Of a stretch of DNA of 64,000 bases, positions 50,083-60,300 are shown one piece after another; the stretch's first letter is position 1, and each line of letters starts with the position of its first letter. A program made the translations under genes and the position numbers. The stretch is from an uncultured Apibacter sp. (GTDB taxonomy: Bacteria > Bacteroidota > Bacteroidia > Flavobacteriales > Weeksellaceae), in contig CALYQD010000004.1 in NCBI GenBank assembly GCA_945280365.1, positions 8,571 through 72,570 of the forward strand, in the 5' to 3' direction. The notes below the pieces were generated by a model. That model was not told the origin of the DNA. It was given only the letters and a program-made list of their open reading frames with translations, and searched no databases.

Positions 50083-51390
50083 TTATATGATTTTTTCTAC
50101 ATATTTCCATATATACCCCCCACAGGTTTTACTCCTTCCATGTACAGCATCATTTATACTGCTACGAGATACGCCGGTTGATTTACCTGCTTCAATAACA
50201 GAAGGATAAGTAGCTATATGATTTCCAGAGAGGTCATATTGATAAACTACTTTAATTTTCTTTTTAGGGGGAGTTATTTTTGTTAGCTTATTTCCTTCCA
50301 TCCAAATAAAACCTCTTAAATATTGAGGCTTAGAACTGAGTATTTTTCCTAAGGTCATCTCAGGTATTCCTGTACTTTTGGAAGCTTTTGATATGCTGGG
50401 GTAAACCATTATAAGATTCCCTTCTTTATCAAACTGGCTTACTATTTTAGCGCTAATTGAGGGAGGTACGGGATCTACTTTCTGAGGCTCATAACCTTTT
50501 TTCCAAATCAAGCCACCAGCAGTTTGAGATCTTCCTTGTATACACTGGCGAATACAGCCTCTATTTATTTTAGTTTGCTGCTCAGCTTCCCATATATTAT
50601 TGTATCCGGCTAAATAATTACCCTCTTTATCATAACAACTAAGCGGTTGAGAAGATATGCTTGGTGTTACAGCAATAATTTCGGAAATATCATTTTCATA
50701 TCTCCAAATATAATTTCCTGCATATTTTTGCTTTCCAAGAATACATTTTCTAATAGCCGCTTCGTGAATTCCAGTTTGTTTATAAGCTTCCCTTATGCTT
50801 GGATAAGTGAGTAGGTAGTTACCTTGCAGGTCATATTGCTTAACTTTGATTTTAGTCTTACTTTTTTCCTGTAATTTGTTTCTTCTTTCTTTGGGCCAAA
50901 AATTTCTTATACTCGCAAATATTTCAGGTACATTAGTCCTTCCTTGTTTTGCTGTAATCCGGTTTAATTCTGCACTATCCGCCTTATAAAGGTTTTCTAT
51001 CTTATTATTAAAATTATCCCAATCTTTATGAAGGATTAGATCTTGTTTGGTTATTTTGCTGCAAAAAGCTTCATATACCTTTCTGGAAACATAAAATGAA
51101 TAAGTAATTTTTTCAATGGTTATTTTAGTTATTAAGGAATAAAAATATTTTTTGAGTATTTTATTGTAAAGTGGTTTGGGATATTGTTTTCGAATTCGTT
51201 CGGGGCGTTCATAGGATATTGTTTTTAATCCTCCTTTGGTACCTTGGTAAATAGTTCTTTTTAAATTTTTTATGCGTCCCATATTGGAAATCATCAGATA
51301 ACCTTCAAAATCGGGACAATCTTTCCAGATTTCTCCGGGAATATCTTTGAGTGATAAATTTTGATATGGATATAAAGCAGTTTTTTTCAA
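50083..51390 (-). CDS. homing-endonuclease-like protein: NUMOD4 motif + HNH_3-like domain + four tandem NUMOD1/IENR1-type HTH modules
   Basis: 435 aa with a TTG start in the track. NUMOD4-like GEIWKDCPDFEGYLMISNMGRIKNL. HNH-like LILHKDWDNFNNKIENL. It has four ~60-aa repeats of pattern Q(Y/F)D..GN....YPSI.EA.K.TG.....I...(G/H).......G(Y/F)IW. Confidence 0.7.
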   Translation of the reverse strand: MKKTALYPYQNLSLKDIPGEIWKDCPDFEGYLMISNMGRIKNLKRTIYQGTKGGLKTISYERPERIRKQYPKPLYNKILKKYFYSLITKITIEKITYSFYVSRKVYEAFCSKITKQDLILHKDWDNFNNKIENLYKADSAELNRITAKQGRTNVPEIFASIRNFWPKERRNKLQEKSKTKIKVKQYDLQGNYLLTYPSIREAYKQTGIHEAAIRKCILGKQKYAGNYIWRYENDISEIIAVTPSISSQPLSCYDKEGNYLAGYNNIWEAEQQTKINRGCIRQCIQGRSQTAGGLIWKKGYEPQKVDPVPPSISAKIVSQFDKEGNLIMVYPSISKASKSTGIPEMTLGKILSSKPQYLRGFIWMEGNKLTKITPPKKKIKVVYQYDLSGNHIATYPSVIEAGKSTGVSRSSINDAVHGRSKTCGGYIWKYVEKII

Positions 51391-51546
51391 TTTACTTACT
51401 TAATTAATTTAAAAAACAGAGAGACCTCCTATGTCTATAGTAAAAATCATTTACATTTAAAGCAATATAGCAAGGAATAGCTTATATTGTTTCTTTATAA
51501 TAAAGAAATTATTTACAGCAACAAAGATATAAAAAAAAATATTTTG

Positions 51547-51554
51547 TATGTTTG
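51547..51554 (+). promoter_or_regulatory. candidate -7 promoter element upstream of vgrG
   Basis: TATGTTTG matches TAnnTTTG, 59 nt upstream of the vgrG ATG. No clear -33 element. Confidence 0.3.
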
Positions 51555-51612
51555 CTAATCATTATTATTTTTTATTTTTAATGAAACTAATTATTAAAGA
51601 ATATGGGGCCTT

Positions 51613-53502
51613 ATGGAAAAAATAGATAAATCTGAAGTTCCTTTTACCTTTTCTAGTCCAGATGTAGTAAAAGAGAAAATTGCAAACAAATTCAATCGAT
51701 ACGGAAAAACCTCAATCACTTATGTTAGTGTTAAGATTGCCGGAGAGGATTATTTTACTGAAACCAACATTGCTAAATTAGAGATTAAACAAAAAGTAGG
51801 AGATCATCATAGTTTTGAGATTTGGTGTGATCCGGGAGAATTTAATGAAGATAATGCTTATTTATTTGAAAACTCCAGAGCTCATTTAGGTAAGCGGATT
51901 ACTTTCCAATTTCACAGGTTTGGAACTGTACAATCAATTTTTACAGGATTGATCACCCAAGTATCCACTCAAAAGCAAGACGGAGTAAAAAAAGTTATTT
52001 TGCGTGGCAATTCTCCCTCTATACTTATGGAAAACGGATTACATACAAGAAGTTTTGAAAATAAAACTTTGGAAGAGATTATAAAAGAGGTAGCTTATCC
52101 ATATGCAAAGAATTTAATTGACTTTAAAATCAATCCGAATTTTAAAGAAAAAATTCCTTATATCGTTCAATATAATGAGAGTGATTATCAATTCATAAAG
52201 CGATTAGCCTCTCGTTTTGGAGAGTATTATTATTATAACGGAGAACAACTGGTTTTTTCTGCTTGGGGAGGGAAAATAACAGAATTAGCTGAAGAGGAAG
52301 ATATTTTTAATTTCGAATTAAAAATGGAAGTGCACCCTCAGAAATTTTCTTATACAGCGTATGATGCTAAACAATCATCTGATTATAAGGTAGATTCAGA
52401 AAGTCAGAGGCTACAACAATCAGAGAATCCTTTTCAGCAATATGCCATTAATGCATCAGAAGGACTTTTTAATGTTTCTCCCACCGCTCATTTTGATAAA
52501 AGCTTATTGATAAATCAGCAGTTAGATATTGAAAGGGCTGTTCTTGCAGAAAAACGTAAAAGACAAAATTTAGTTTATATAGAGGCAACTACTAATGAAC
52601 CTAGCTTACGCCTAGGCGATATAGGTAAAGTTTCAGCCTGGATACCTAAACATAAAATTTTTAAATCCGGAAAAATTCCGATTGAAAGTTATAAGATAAA
52701 TGAAATTACTCATTGTTTTATTGAGGGAAAAGGATATACTAATACATTTATAGGAGTACCTAAAGATTTAATAACACCTCCGGATTATGACGGAAGCAAT
52801 ACCCCGGTAGCAGATATTCAACATGCAATTGTAACAGACAATAAAGATCCAAAAAAGATGGGACGTGTACGTCTTCAGTTTGTCTGGCAAAAGGCTGAAA
52901 ACAGCCAGACACCTTGGGTACAAGTAATACAACCTCATGCAGGTAGAGATAAAGGAACATATATTAATCCGGAAATAGGAGAAACTGTATTGGTAGCTTT
53001 TCAGGGAGGAAATGCAGAAGCTCCTATTGTATTGGGAACGGCTTATAATGGAGGAGAGATAGCTGCTTATTACACTGAAGGAAATGATATTAAGGTAATA
53101 CAAACAAGAAGTGGTGCCAAAATTATTTTCAATGATGCTGAAGGACAAGGCTCTATTCTAATTGAAGACCCAAGCGGTAACCGTATCTTCTTGGATGGAA
53201 AAGGCAATATTAGGACAGAAGTACCGGAGACTTTCTTTTTAGATGCTAAAAATGTAGTGGTTACGGCTTCCCAGAATATAAGTATGAGTGCAGGGGAAAA
53301 TATTTCTATTATGGCAGCAGAAGACTATAATCTGGCAGCAAGCAATATATATGAAAGTGCCGGAGAAGGTAGAGTATCTAATGCTAATGATTTTATAGAA
53401 ATTTCTAAAAAAAGTACTTATACAAGTAATGAAGATAAAATAAACTTGGAAAGTGCTTTGGAAGTTAAATCCAATAGTGCACAACAAACCAGTTTACATT
53501 AA
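51613..53502 (+). CDS. vgrG: type VI secretion spike protein VgrG (gp27-like + gp5 OB-fold + short beta-helix)
   Basis: 629 aa. It has a phage late-control-D/gp27-like region (QYNESDYQFIKRLASRFGEYYYY) and a gp5 OB-fold block (AIVTDNKDPKKMGRVRLQFVWQ...GETVLVAFQGGNAEAPIVLG). C-terminal repetitive beta-strand segments follow. Confidence 0.9.
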   Translation: MEKIDKSEVPFTFSSPDVVKEKIANKFNRYGKTSITYVSVKIAGEDYFTETNIAKLEIKQKVGDHHSFEIWCDPGEFNEDNAYLFENSRAHLGKRITFQFHRFGTVQSIFTGLITQVSTQKQDGVKKVILRGNSPSILMENGLHTRSFENKTLEEIIKEVAYPYAKNLIDFKINPNFKEKIPYIVQYNESDYQFIKRLASRFGEYYYYNGEQLVFSAWGGKITELAEEEDIFNFELKMEVHPQKFSYTAYDAKQSSDYKVDSESQRLQQSENPFQQYAINASEGLFNVSPTAHFDKSLLINQQLDIERAVLAEKRKRQNLVYIEATTNEPSLRLGDIGKVSAWIPKHKIFKSGKIPIESYKINEITHCFIEGKGYTNTFIGVPKDLITPPDYDGSNTPVADIQHAIVTDNKDPKKMGRVRLQFVWQKAENSQTPWVQVIQPHAGRDKGTYINPEIGETVLVAFQGGNAEAPIVLGTAYNGGEIAAYYTEGNDIKVIQTRSGAKIIFNDAEGQGSILIEDPSGNRIFLDGKGNIRTEVPETFFLDAKNVVVTASQNISMSAGENISIMAAEDYNLAASNIYESAGEGRVSNANDFIEISKKSTYTSNEDKINLESALEVKSNSAQQTSLH

Positions 53503-53513
53503 ACTATAGTAAT

Positions 53514-54776
53514 ATGGGAGTTATAGAAGGCGGAAAAATAATACGAACTATAGGAGGGGAAAGTATAAAAATTGCAAAAAAGTCCATTACTTTAACTGCT
53601 ACAGAGGGTAATCTTACTTTTAATGCAGCTACTAAAGTAGAAATGGTGGGCAAACAAAATGGAGTAAAATATCTAAATGATTATAAACCTCCAGAGGAAA
53701 TACCTACTACTTTAAGAGTTACTAAAGTTATAGGGCCTGATATTATTAAAGGCGGAGGTGTCTATGATTATCAAGCAGTAGAATTTAATAGAAAAAATTT
53801 TTCATTAGTAGAGCTGAACAAGCTTATATGGAATGTAAAATATGATGATTCCGCAGAATTTTTAGGATTTGAAGATGAAAAAAATAAAAATTCATATATT
53901 ATTTCAGATAAGAAGATTGGAGTAAAAAGAATTCATATTTTATCTGAAAATGTAATAGGAAAGAAAAAAATCAAAATATATCCCTTTTTTAATTCTCCTT
54001 CAGAAAATGTTTGTGTTATATCTCATTTGGAACTTCCATCAGGAGTTTTTGTCTGGGCAGAGACCAAGGGTACTGGGCATGTATTTCTAACTGTTCATAA
54101 GGAGAATAACATATATTTATATACTTATGGAAGATATGATGATGCTTATATGATTTCGCTAGGCACCATGGGGGAAGGAGTTTTAATCAGATATACTAAC
54201 AAGTTAGCCATAGAATACATGAAAAAAGAATTATATAGGCTTGATTGCAAAGTATATCAGATTAAAGATGTTAAAGAGGATGATTTGATTGAGATATTTG
54301 ATAAGATATGGAATAGTTCAACAGAAAAACCAGACAATAAATCAACATCAGATTCAGTGAAAGAATATGGTAGGGTTATAGATGATTATGATTTAACTGG
54401 TAATAATTGTACTACTAAAACATGTGATGCCTTGAAGAAAGCAGGAACAAATATTTTTAATTTTGATGTCTATTTATTCAATAAAAAAATGTATTCCTAT
54501 AAAGAATATTTTACTATTCCCAGCTCACTGAATGATTTCCTAAACGAACAAAAGGAAACTAATTCCGATATTGTAGTTTCTACAGAGATCATGAAATCAA
54601 CTTATGAAAATATACAATCTATAGAAACATTAGATAAAACAGGATCTTCGGGTGAAACTTCAGGAAGTTCAGGGGATGCATCAGGAAGTTCAGCAAATTC
54701 TTCCAACAGTGAAACGATCAGCAGCGGATCAAGCCCTGCCTCAAGTGGAGGAATTTATGGTTCATCTTCCAATTAA
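53514..54776 (+). CDS. putative T6SS effector: VgrG-tip-like N-terminal strands, permuted papain-fold (His-before-Cys) hydrolase-like domain, Ser/Gly-rich tail
   Basis: 420 aa, starting 11 nt after vgrG. The N-terminus ESIKIAKKSITLTATEGNLTFNAATKVEMVG continues the VgrG C-terminal repeat style. TGHVFLTVHKENNIYLYTYGRY plus YDLTGNNCTTKTCDALKKAG resemble the PPPDE/LRAT-type H...NC motifs. The tail is SSGETSGSSGDASGSS... Confidence 0.4.
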   Translation: MGVIEGGKIIRTIGGESIKIAKKSITLTATEGNLTFNAATKVEMVGKQNGVKYLNDYKPPEEIPTTLRVTKVIGPDIIKGGGVYDYQAVEFNRKNFSLVELNKLIWNVKYDDSAEFLGFEDEKNKNSYIISDKKIGVKRIHILSENVIGKKKIKIYPFFNSPSENVCVISHLELPSGVFVWAETKGTGHVFLTVHKENNIYLYTYGRYDDAYMISLGTMGEGVLIRYTNKLAIEYMKKELYRLDCKVYQIKDVKEDDLIEIFDKIWNSSTEKPDNKSTSDSVKEYGRVIDDYDLTGNNCTTKTCDALKKAGTNIFNFDVYLFNKKMYSYKEYFTIPSSLNDFLNEQKETNSDIVVSTEIMKSTYENIQSIETLDKTGSSGETSGSSGDASGSSANSSNSETISSGSSPASSGGIYGSSSN

Positions 54777-54788
54777 ACAATTATTAAT

Positions 54789-55025
54789 ATGAAAAAAAAT
54801 AATTTTATGAAAATAATATTAGGACTTTTTTTTGTAATTGTAGTTATAGTAGAAATAGCACTGATTTTAAATGCATTTCTCACAGTAAAATATCAAATAG
54901 AAGAAGCTGAAAACATGACTCAGGTATTAAATAAAATATATAGTATTCTAAATAATGGAGTATATATAATTATTTTTGACTTGATTTATTTATTAGTCCT
55001 TCATATTCTCTATTTTAAAAAGTAA
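54789..55025 (+). CDS. small two-TM membrane protein (immunity candidate)
   Basis: 78 aa with two hydrophobic helices, immediately downstream of the putative effector. Confidence 0.4.
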   Translation: MKKNNFMKIILGLFFVIVVIVEIALILNAFLTVKYQIEEAENMTQVLNKIYSILNNGVYIIIFDLIYLLVLHILYFKK

Positions 55026-55027
55026 CA

Positions 55028-55642
55028 GTGCAAAATAAGAGTTGGGAACATACCCGTATATATAAAACAGAGCATAACTTAGAAGTAAAGGAACGCTCAC
55101 AAACCAAACAAAGCAGAGTTTCTTTTGACATGGGAATCAATTGCAATACTAAGGATGAAAGCATACGTAAAGTATTCACCCGGGAAAATTACCTGATTAA
55201 TTCTAAAATACCTAAAGAACATCATATCCGTTTGTTATATGAATTGGAACAAGCAGTTTACCCATTGGAAATAGAAGTAAATACGTATGAAAATTTTGAA
55301 AGAATCCCGGGCCATGGCCTGTGGTTTTCTACCTGGCAAAAAAAAGCAGATGCAATTTTACAGGAGAAATACAGTCGTGAGTTTGTCGAAAGCCTGAAAA
55401 ACCAGGTACAGGGAAATTTGGAGACCGAAGAAAAACTTAAACAAAAAATACAGGAAAAAGCCTTCTGGAAATTATACTTTTTTGGGATGCAAAATGCTCA
55501 GAATGATAATACCTTACGTTGGAATATCTTAAAAGTTGGTACCCTTTATTTTACAGGACATGTACAGACAAAAATTGAAGAAAATAAATGGGTATCTGTT
55601 TATCGGGAGAATCAGGTAAAACCGGAAGAAAGTTTAGCTCAG
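55028..55642 (+). repeat. dispersed direct repeat, copy 1 (paralogous 5' ~615 bp shared with 56483-57097)
   Basis: Long identical nucleotide runs, for example ATTAATTCTAAAATACCTAAAGAACATCATATCCGTTTGTTATATGAATTGGAACA in both copies. Confidence 0.85.
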
Positions 55643-55948
55643 AAATTAGCGGATCATTTAAATGCCATAGTTTATGCATTTTTAAGACGAAGTAATTATA
55701 CATCTACCTGGCTTGACGGTGGCGACCAATCATACACTAAAAATTACATAACCATTGAAGATGAAGATATAAGCAATCCGCTAAATCCCATGGATTGGTA
55801 TAGAAAGTTAAACAGAAAAGGATGGGACCAAGCTTTGTGGAATACTTCCGGGGCATATATGGCGCCAACAAGCGGCAAAACACCAGGGGGCCTTCTTGAA
55901 GAAGGTATGTTTATTTTTGAAAAGGGCAAAAAAGCAAGAAAAAAATAA
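55028..55948 (+). CDS. unknown-family protein, paralogue A (conserved N-terminal ~205 aa, unique C-terminal ~100 aa)
   Basis: 306 aa. The GTG start is supported by alignment to the paralogue B start (MQNKSWEH.RIYK vs MQIKPWDN.RIYK). The two are colinear up to ...KPEES and then unrelated. Confidence 0.6.
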   Translation: MQNKSWEHTRIYKTEHNLEVKERSQTKQSRVSFDMGINCNTKDESIRKVFTRENYLINSKIPKEHHIRLLYELEQAVYPLEIEVNTYENFERIPGHGLWFSTWQKKADAILQEKYSREFVESLKNQVQGNLETEEKLKQKIQEKAFWKLYFFGMQNAQNDNTLRWNILKVGTLYFTGHVQTKIEENKWVSVYRENQVKPEESLAQKLADHLNAIVYAFLRRSNYTSTWLDGGDQSYTKNYITIEDEDISNPLNPMDWYRKLNRKGWDQALWNTSGAYMAPTSGKTPGGLLEEGMFIFEKGKKARKK

Positions 55949-55954
55949 AATAAT

Positions 55955-56362
55955 ATGAAATACTGTAAATCACTAATTTTTGCTTTTATTATATATGTTT
56001 TAGCAAGTTTTGCGACTTATTTTTCCATGCATGTATATTCAACTGATATTTCATCATCATGTTTTGAATGCTCATATAAGAAAGATATTTTTTTGTCTTC
56101 CATTCATATAAGTGTAATTTTTCTTTTATTGATTCTACTAAAAAATATCTTGAAAAAAAAATGGAGTATTTCAATATTCTTCACGATTATATTTGCAATA
56201 CTTGTTTTCTTTAACAACTATAATATTTTTGTAGATAGGGTTTCATCGTGGAGTAGTTACACCTTTACCGAAGAACTTCTAAGTGTCCTGTCAAATTCTT
56301 ATTTGTACTTGGGGATCAGCACTATATTAGTATTTGTTTTATTAAAGTTATTTAAATTTTAA
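55955..56362 (+). CDS. polytopic small membrane protein (immunity candidate for paralogue A)
   Basis: 135 aa with about 4 predicted TM helices. It starts 6 nt after paralogue A. Confidence 0.45.
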   Translation: MKYCKSLIFAFIIYVLASFATYFSMHVYSTDISSSCFECSYKKDIFLSSIHISVIFLLLILLKNILKKKWSISIFFTIIFAILVFFNNYNIFVDRVSSWSSYTFTEELLSVLSNSYLYLGISTILVFVLLKLFKF

Positions 56363-56482
56363 AATAAAATCCTTTTAACAAGTACACAGCCTATAATCGG
56401 TTTAAGTTTAATAAAATTCATTGATAAAAAAAAATAATCAATGGTTATAATAATTTAGATACAGAAAACTAAGACGGAAATA

Positions 56483-57097
56483 ATGCAAATTAAACCTTGG
56501 GATAATATCCGTATATATAAAGTAGAACATACTTTGAAAGTAAAAGAAGGCCTACAGGTTAAGGAGAGTAGGATAACTTTTGACATGGGAATCAGTTGCA
56601 ATATAAAGAATGGTAGCATACGAAAGTTATTTACCCGAGAGAACTGCCTGATTAATTCTAAAATACCTAAAGAACATCATATCCGTTTGTTATATGAATT
56701 GGAACAGGCTATTTATCCGCTGGAAATAGAGGTAAACCGGTATGGGAATTATGAAAAAATACCAGGTTATGCTTTATGGTTTTCCAACTGGCAAAATAAA
56801 GCAGAAAAAATATTGAAAGAGAACTACCGAGGAGAATTTGCCGAAAGCTTGAAAAACCAGTTACAGGAAAATTTGGAGACCGAAGAAAAACTCAAACAAA
56901 AAATACAGGAAGAAGCCTTCTGGAGATTGTACTTTTTTGGGATGCAAAATGCCCAGAATGATAAGACCTTGCGTTGGAACGTCTTAAAAGCAGGTACTCT
57001 TTATTTTACGGGAGATGTACAGACAAGCATTGAAGAAAATAAACTGATATCTGTTTACGGGGGAAAATCGGAGAAACCGGAAGAAAGTTTCACTGAA
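56483..57097 (+). repeat. dispersed direct repeat, copy 2
   Basis: See copy 1. Confidence 0.85.
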
Positions 57098-57352
57098 AAC
57101 CTTAACATCCTCTTACGAAAGAAAAAAAATTCTAAACATTACCTAATGCCGGGTAATATAGAGTCAAGCTGTATGGTAAAATCCGTTTGGGAGAAAGACA
57201 TCGGAAAACTGCTTTATAAGGCATCAGAAATTGAAGTAAATTCAGAAGATAAAAACTATCTTTATTCAGAAAAAATAGAGATGAAATATCAAGGAATAAG
57301 TATAAGAAAAGAAACTAACCCTAAATCTTTTATTGTTTCAAGAAACAAATAA
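56483..57352 (+). CDS. unknown-family protein, paralogue B (same N-terminal domain, different C-terminus)
   Basis: 289 aa. See paralogue A. The C-terminal ~85 aa are unrelated to A. Confidence 0.6.
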   Translation: MQIKPWDNIRIYKVEHTLKVKEGLQVKESRITFDMGISCNIKNGSIRKLFTRENCLINSKIPKEHHIRLLYELEQAIYPLEIEVNRYGNYEKIPGYALWFSNWQNKAEKILKENYRGEFAESLKNQLQENLETEEKLKQKIQEEAFWRLYFFGMQNAQNDKTLRWNVLKAGTLYFTGDVQTSIEENKLISVYGGKSEKPEESFTENLNILLRKKKNSKHYLMPGNIESSCMVKSVWEKDIGKLLYKASEIEVNSEDKNYLYSEKIEMKYQGISIRKETNPKSFIVSRNK

Positions 57353-57379
57353 AGAAAAGAGAAAGAAAATTAAAAAGAT

Positions 57380-60300
57380 ATGGCAGAAACGACAAAAAAG
57401 CGAGTAGTAGTAGTAGAAGGAGCCCGTTTAAACTGTTCATTGGGATCATTGCCGACGGTATCCCTTAAGGTAAAACACAAAGATGATGATAAATATTACA
57501 TTAATGAAAAAAAGATAGCGACTTGGCTGGAAGATAATAAAGATCATATGGATTTTGGTGTATGTAACAGAAGTAGCTCAAAACCGAAATGTACCCCAAA
57601 TATCAGCTGGAGTGATTATTATGAGAATGCGGAGTTTGGAAAAAAGAAAATTCTTATAGACCAGTCAAAAGGAACATGTAAAATAGGGGGAGGTACCGTG
57701 ATTATAAAAGAACACGGACAAAGCGCCCAACCTTCTTCCCGTATATATAAAAAAAATAAGAAGGATTCCTATGAAATCTATATGCTCAGTCCTAAGGTAG
57801 CAGCCTCTAATGGAAAAAAACTACCTTCAGTAAGTAAAATAGACTTGGTTGTTTCCCCGGCACAACGTATTTCATCCAACCGGGAAGTATCGTTTGAAAT
57901 AGGAGGTAGTATTAAAAGCATCAAGTTAGTAGCCACTGTAGGAGCAAAAGATGATAAAAGCCTGGTAAGCTGGGCGTTTTATAAAGGTGATAATCAAAAA
58001 AACAGGTTCAAGACCTATCTGGAATACGGAAGTGAACTTATTGAGAATCTGGAGGCCCTTCCTGAGGGTAAAACTACTATTTTCGGATATGGCGAAACAC
58101 CCGAGGGAAATTCTACCAAGATAATTATCAACCGGAAACATAATAAGCTTGAGGGCATTTCAATGAAGTTGTTGAACGTAAAGCTGGAATCTGTGGGCAA
58201 GGCTCCTAAGAATACCCAGATAGTTTTTAGTCCTAAATATACCTTTGCGAATTCTCCCAAATTATCCTTGAATCAGGTCGGTTGGCAGCAAAAGACTAAA
58301 TGGAATATCAAAGACGAGAAAGGGAACATTTTGTATACCACTGCTCCCGGTTTTTCCGCCAACCGTAACCAGGGAGTAATATCTACTTCCTACTCAAACA
58401 ATTATTTAACCGCTATATTTAAGAACAACGGTAATTACCAGATAGAGCTAGAGGATTTTTCACGGACATCGTTGGGAATGTTGCCAGATATAAAGACCCT
58501 TTCGCTTCGAATAGTAAACCGTTCGGCCAGAACAATTATAAATAAGGGTTTGCCAAAAATACGTAAAGAAGATTCCATTCATTTGTTGGCCTCCGGGATT
58601 GAATTTGATTATGGAATAAATCAACTCGGCAATCGAGCATTCTGGCATATACAAAAAGACAGTGGAAAAACGATTAGTTTAGGGCTTCGTGCAGAAGTAA
58701 AGATGAACGTTCCCGAGCTTATAGAAGAATTCAGGAAAAAACAGGTAATAATATCGAACCCTTATGGGGAATATAAATTTCGGATTGATGGGGAAGAAAA
58801 GGATGTTATTTCGATAGGCACCAGTTCGGATACAGCGGTAATAGAGGTAGCGAAAAACCGTATGGAAAGTATCAGCGGTCCTGATAAAATACCTGTAGGA
58901 GCAGTGGTTACATATAAAACAAAAGTCTTAATGTCTTTGGTGGGCTCGGAGCATATCCGGTGGATACAGCCTGCTGCCCCTTTTATAAAGTTTAACCTTT
59001 CTTCAGATCATAAACAAGCCACCTTACAGCTTAATAAACCGGGGAAAGCCTATTTTTCTGCCTACCTTGAAGGAGAGGATGCAAGTACCAAAGAGGTGAA
59101 GAAAACCGTAGAGGCAACATATATTTACCTGGAAAAAGCCCTGTGGTGTTATGCAAATGGTAAACGAAGGGCTGAAACCGGATGGGAAGAAGAAAATTAT
59201 ATTCATGTCTCACTAGAAGGCCTCAGCAGTATCCCGGTAAAACTTAAAGTATGGGTAAAGCACCCCGATGAGGGAAAGGTTGGAAGTTTGTCTTACGAAA
59301 ATTGTCTGTTAAAAGAAATAGATTCCTCCCTGAACGGTAACGGAAGCCTTCAAACATCTTTTATAGTAGATAAGGAACTCAAAGAGAAACTACAAAAAAT
59401 ATATCCAGAAGAATCGCCCCAAGCCAAGTTGTTTTTTACGCTGGAATTTACAGCAGGGGGAATACTGGATTTATCAAAAGTGAGGCTGATTGATAAAGGA
59501 AGCTCCGAAGAAATACCCTTTGTGGAAAAACAAGGGAAAAACCTATACTTTGTATTAGATGCAGATGAGGATTTAAAAATCCCTGCAAGGCCACGCATTA
59601 CGGCTATCAACTTTTCAAATGAAGCAGGCGACGATATACAGGTGGGAGTTACCCAATATGGTAAAAAACACACCATTTGGGTAAATACTGTAGGAATGAC
59701 TAAGGAAAAGCTGGTGGTTATAGTTTATAAAAAGTTGTTGAAGGATGACATGATAGAAACGTACAACAATAAAGATAAAGCATTTGCAGTTACCGCGCAG
59801 GTAAAGAAATATGAAGAGCAGGAAGTGGGAACGGATGGTTTGTTGGAACTGGACTTTATCCCTGAGAAAAAAGATGGAGAGGGCGATCCTCAATTGTTTT
59901 ACATTTCCGTATTTAAAAAACAAAAGAATGAAAAGGACGAAACCATACTGGTAGAGGAAGGTTCCCAGCTTAAATCATTAGATAGTTTACCTTTTGACAA
60001 GGAACTGAATGAATATGCCTCACAGGTAGGAATTGCAATGCCTACCTTGGAAGAAGGCCAAAGCCCGACAGCTGAACAGCTAAATGATATTGTATCTAAG
60101 TTTTTTCATTTTTATAATCCGCTGTATGTGTCTGAAACAGGGACTATTGAGGATCAGCAGGTTATTTCTCCGGTTCTAGTCGAAAGAGGTAATAGTAATA
60201 AGAAAGGAGAATGCCCAAGATGCAAAGAAGATTTTACAGTAGATATATTAAAGAAGGTATATAAATCTGCCACGACCAAAGATTTAGAAGAACTGGCAGT

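Noticed and set aside
40974-51390. Integrase, transposase or other recombinase expected next to a tRNA-associated island.
   Set aside because: No ORF or reading-frame remnant shows tyrosine- or serine-recombinase or DDE motifs that I can recognise. The only nuclease-like gene is the NUMOD4/HNH protein. The island is therefore not called an active mobile element.
51531-51539. A9 homopolymer upstream of vgrG, and a similar A9 run at about 56426-56434 upstream of paralogue B, as phase-variation switches.
   Set aside because: The tracts are short for slipped-strand switching. They are not positioned between recognisable -33 and -7 elements, and A-runs of this length are frequent in this sequence.
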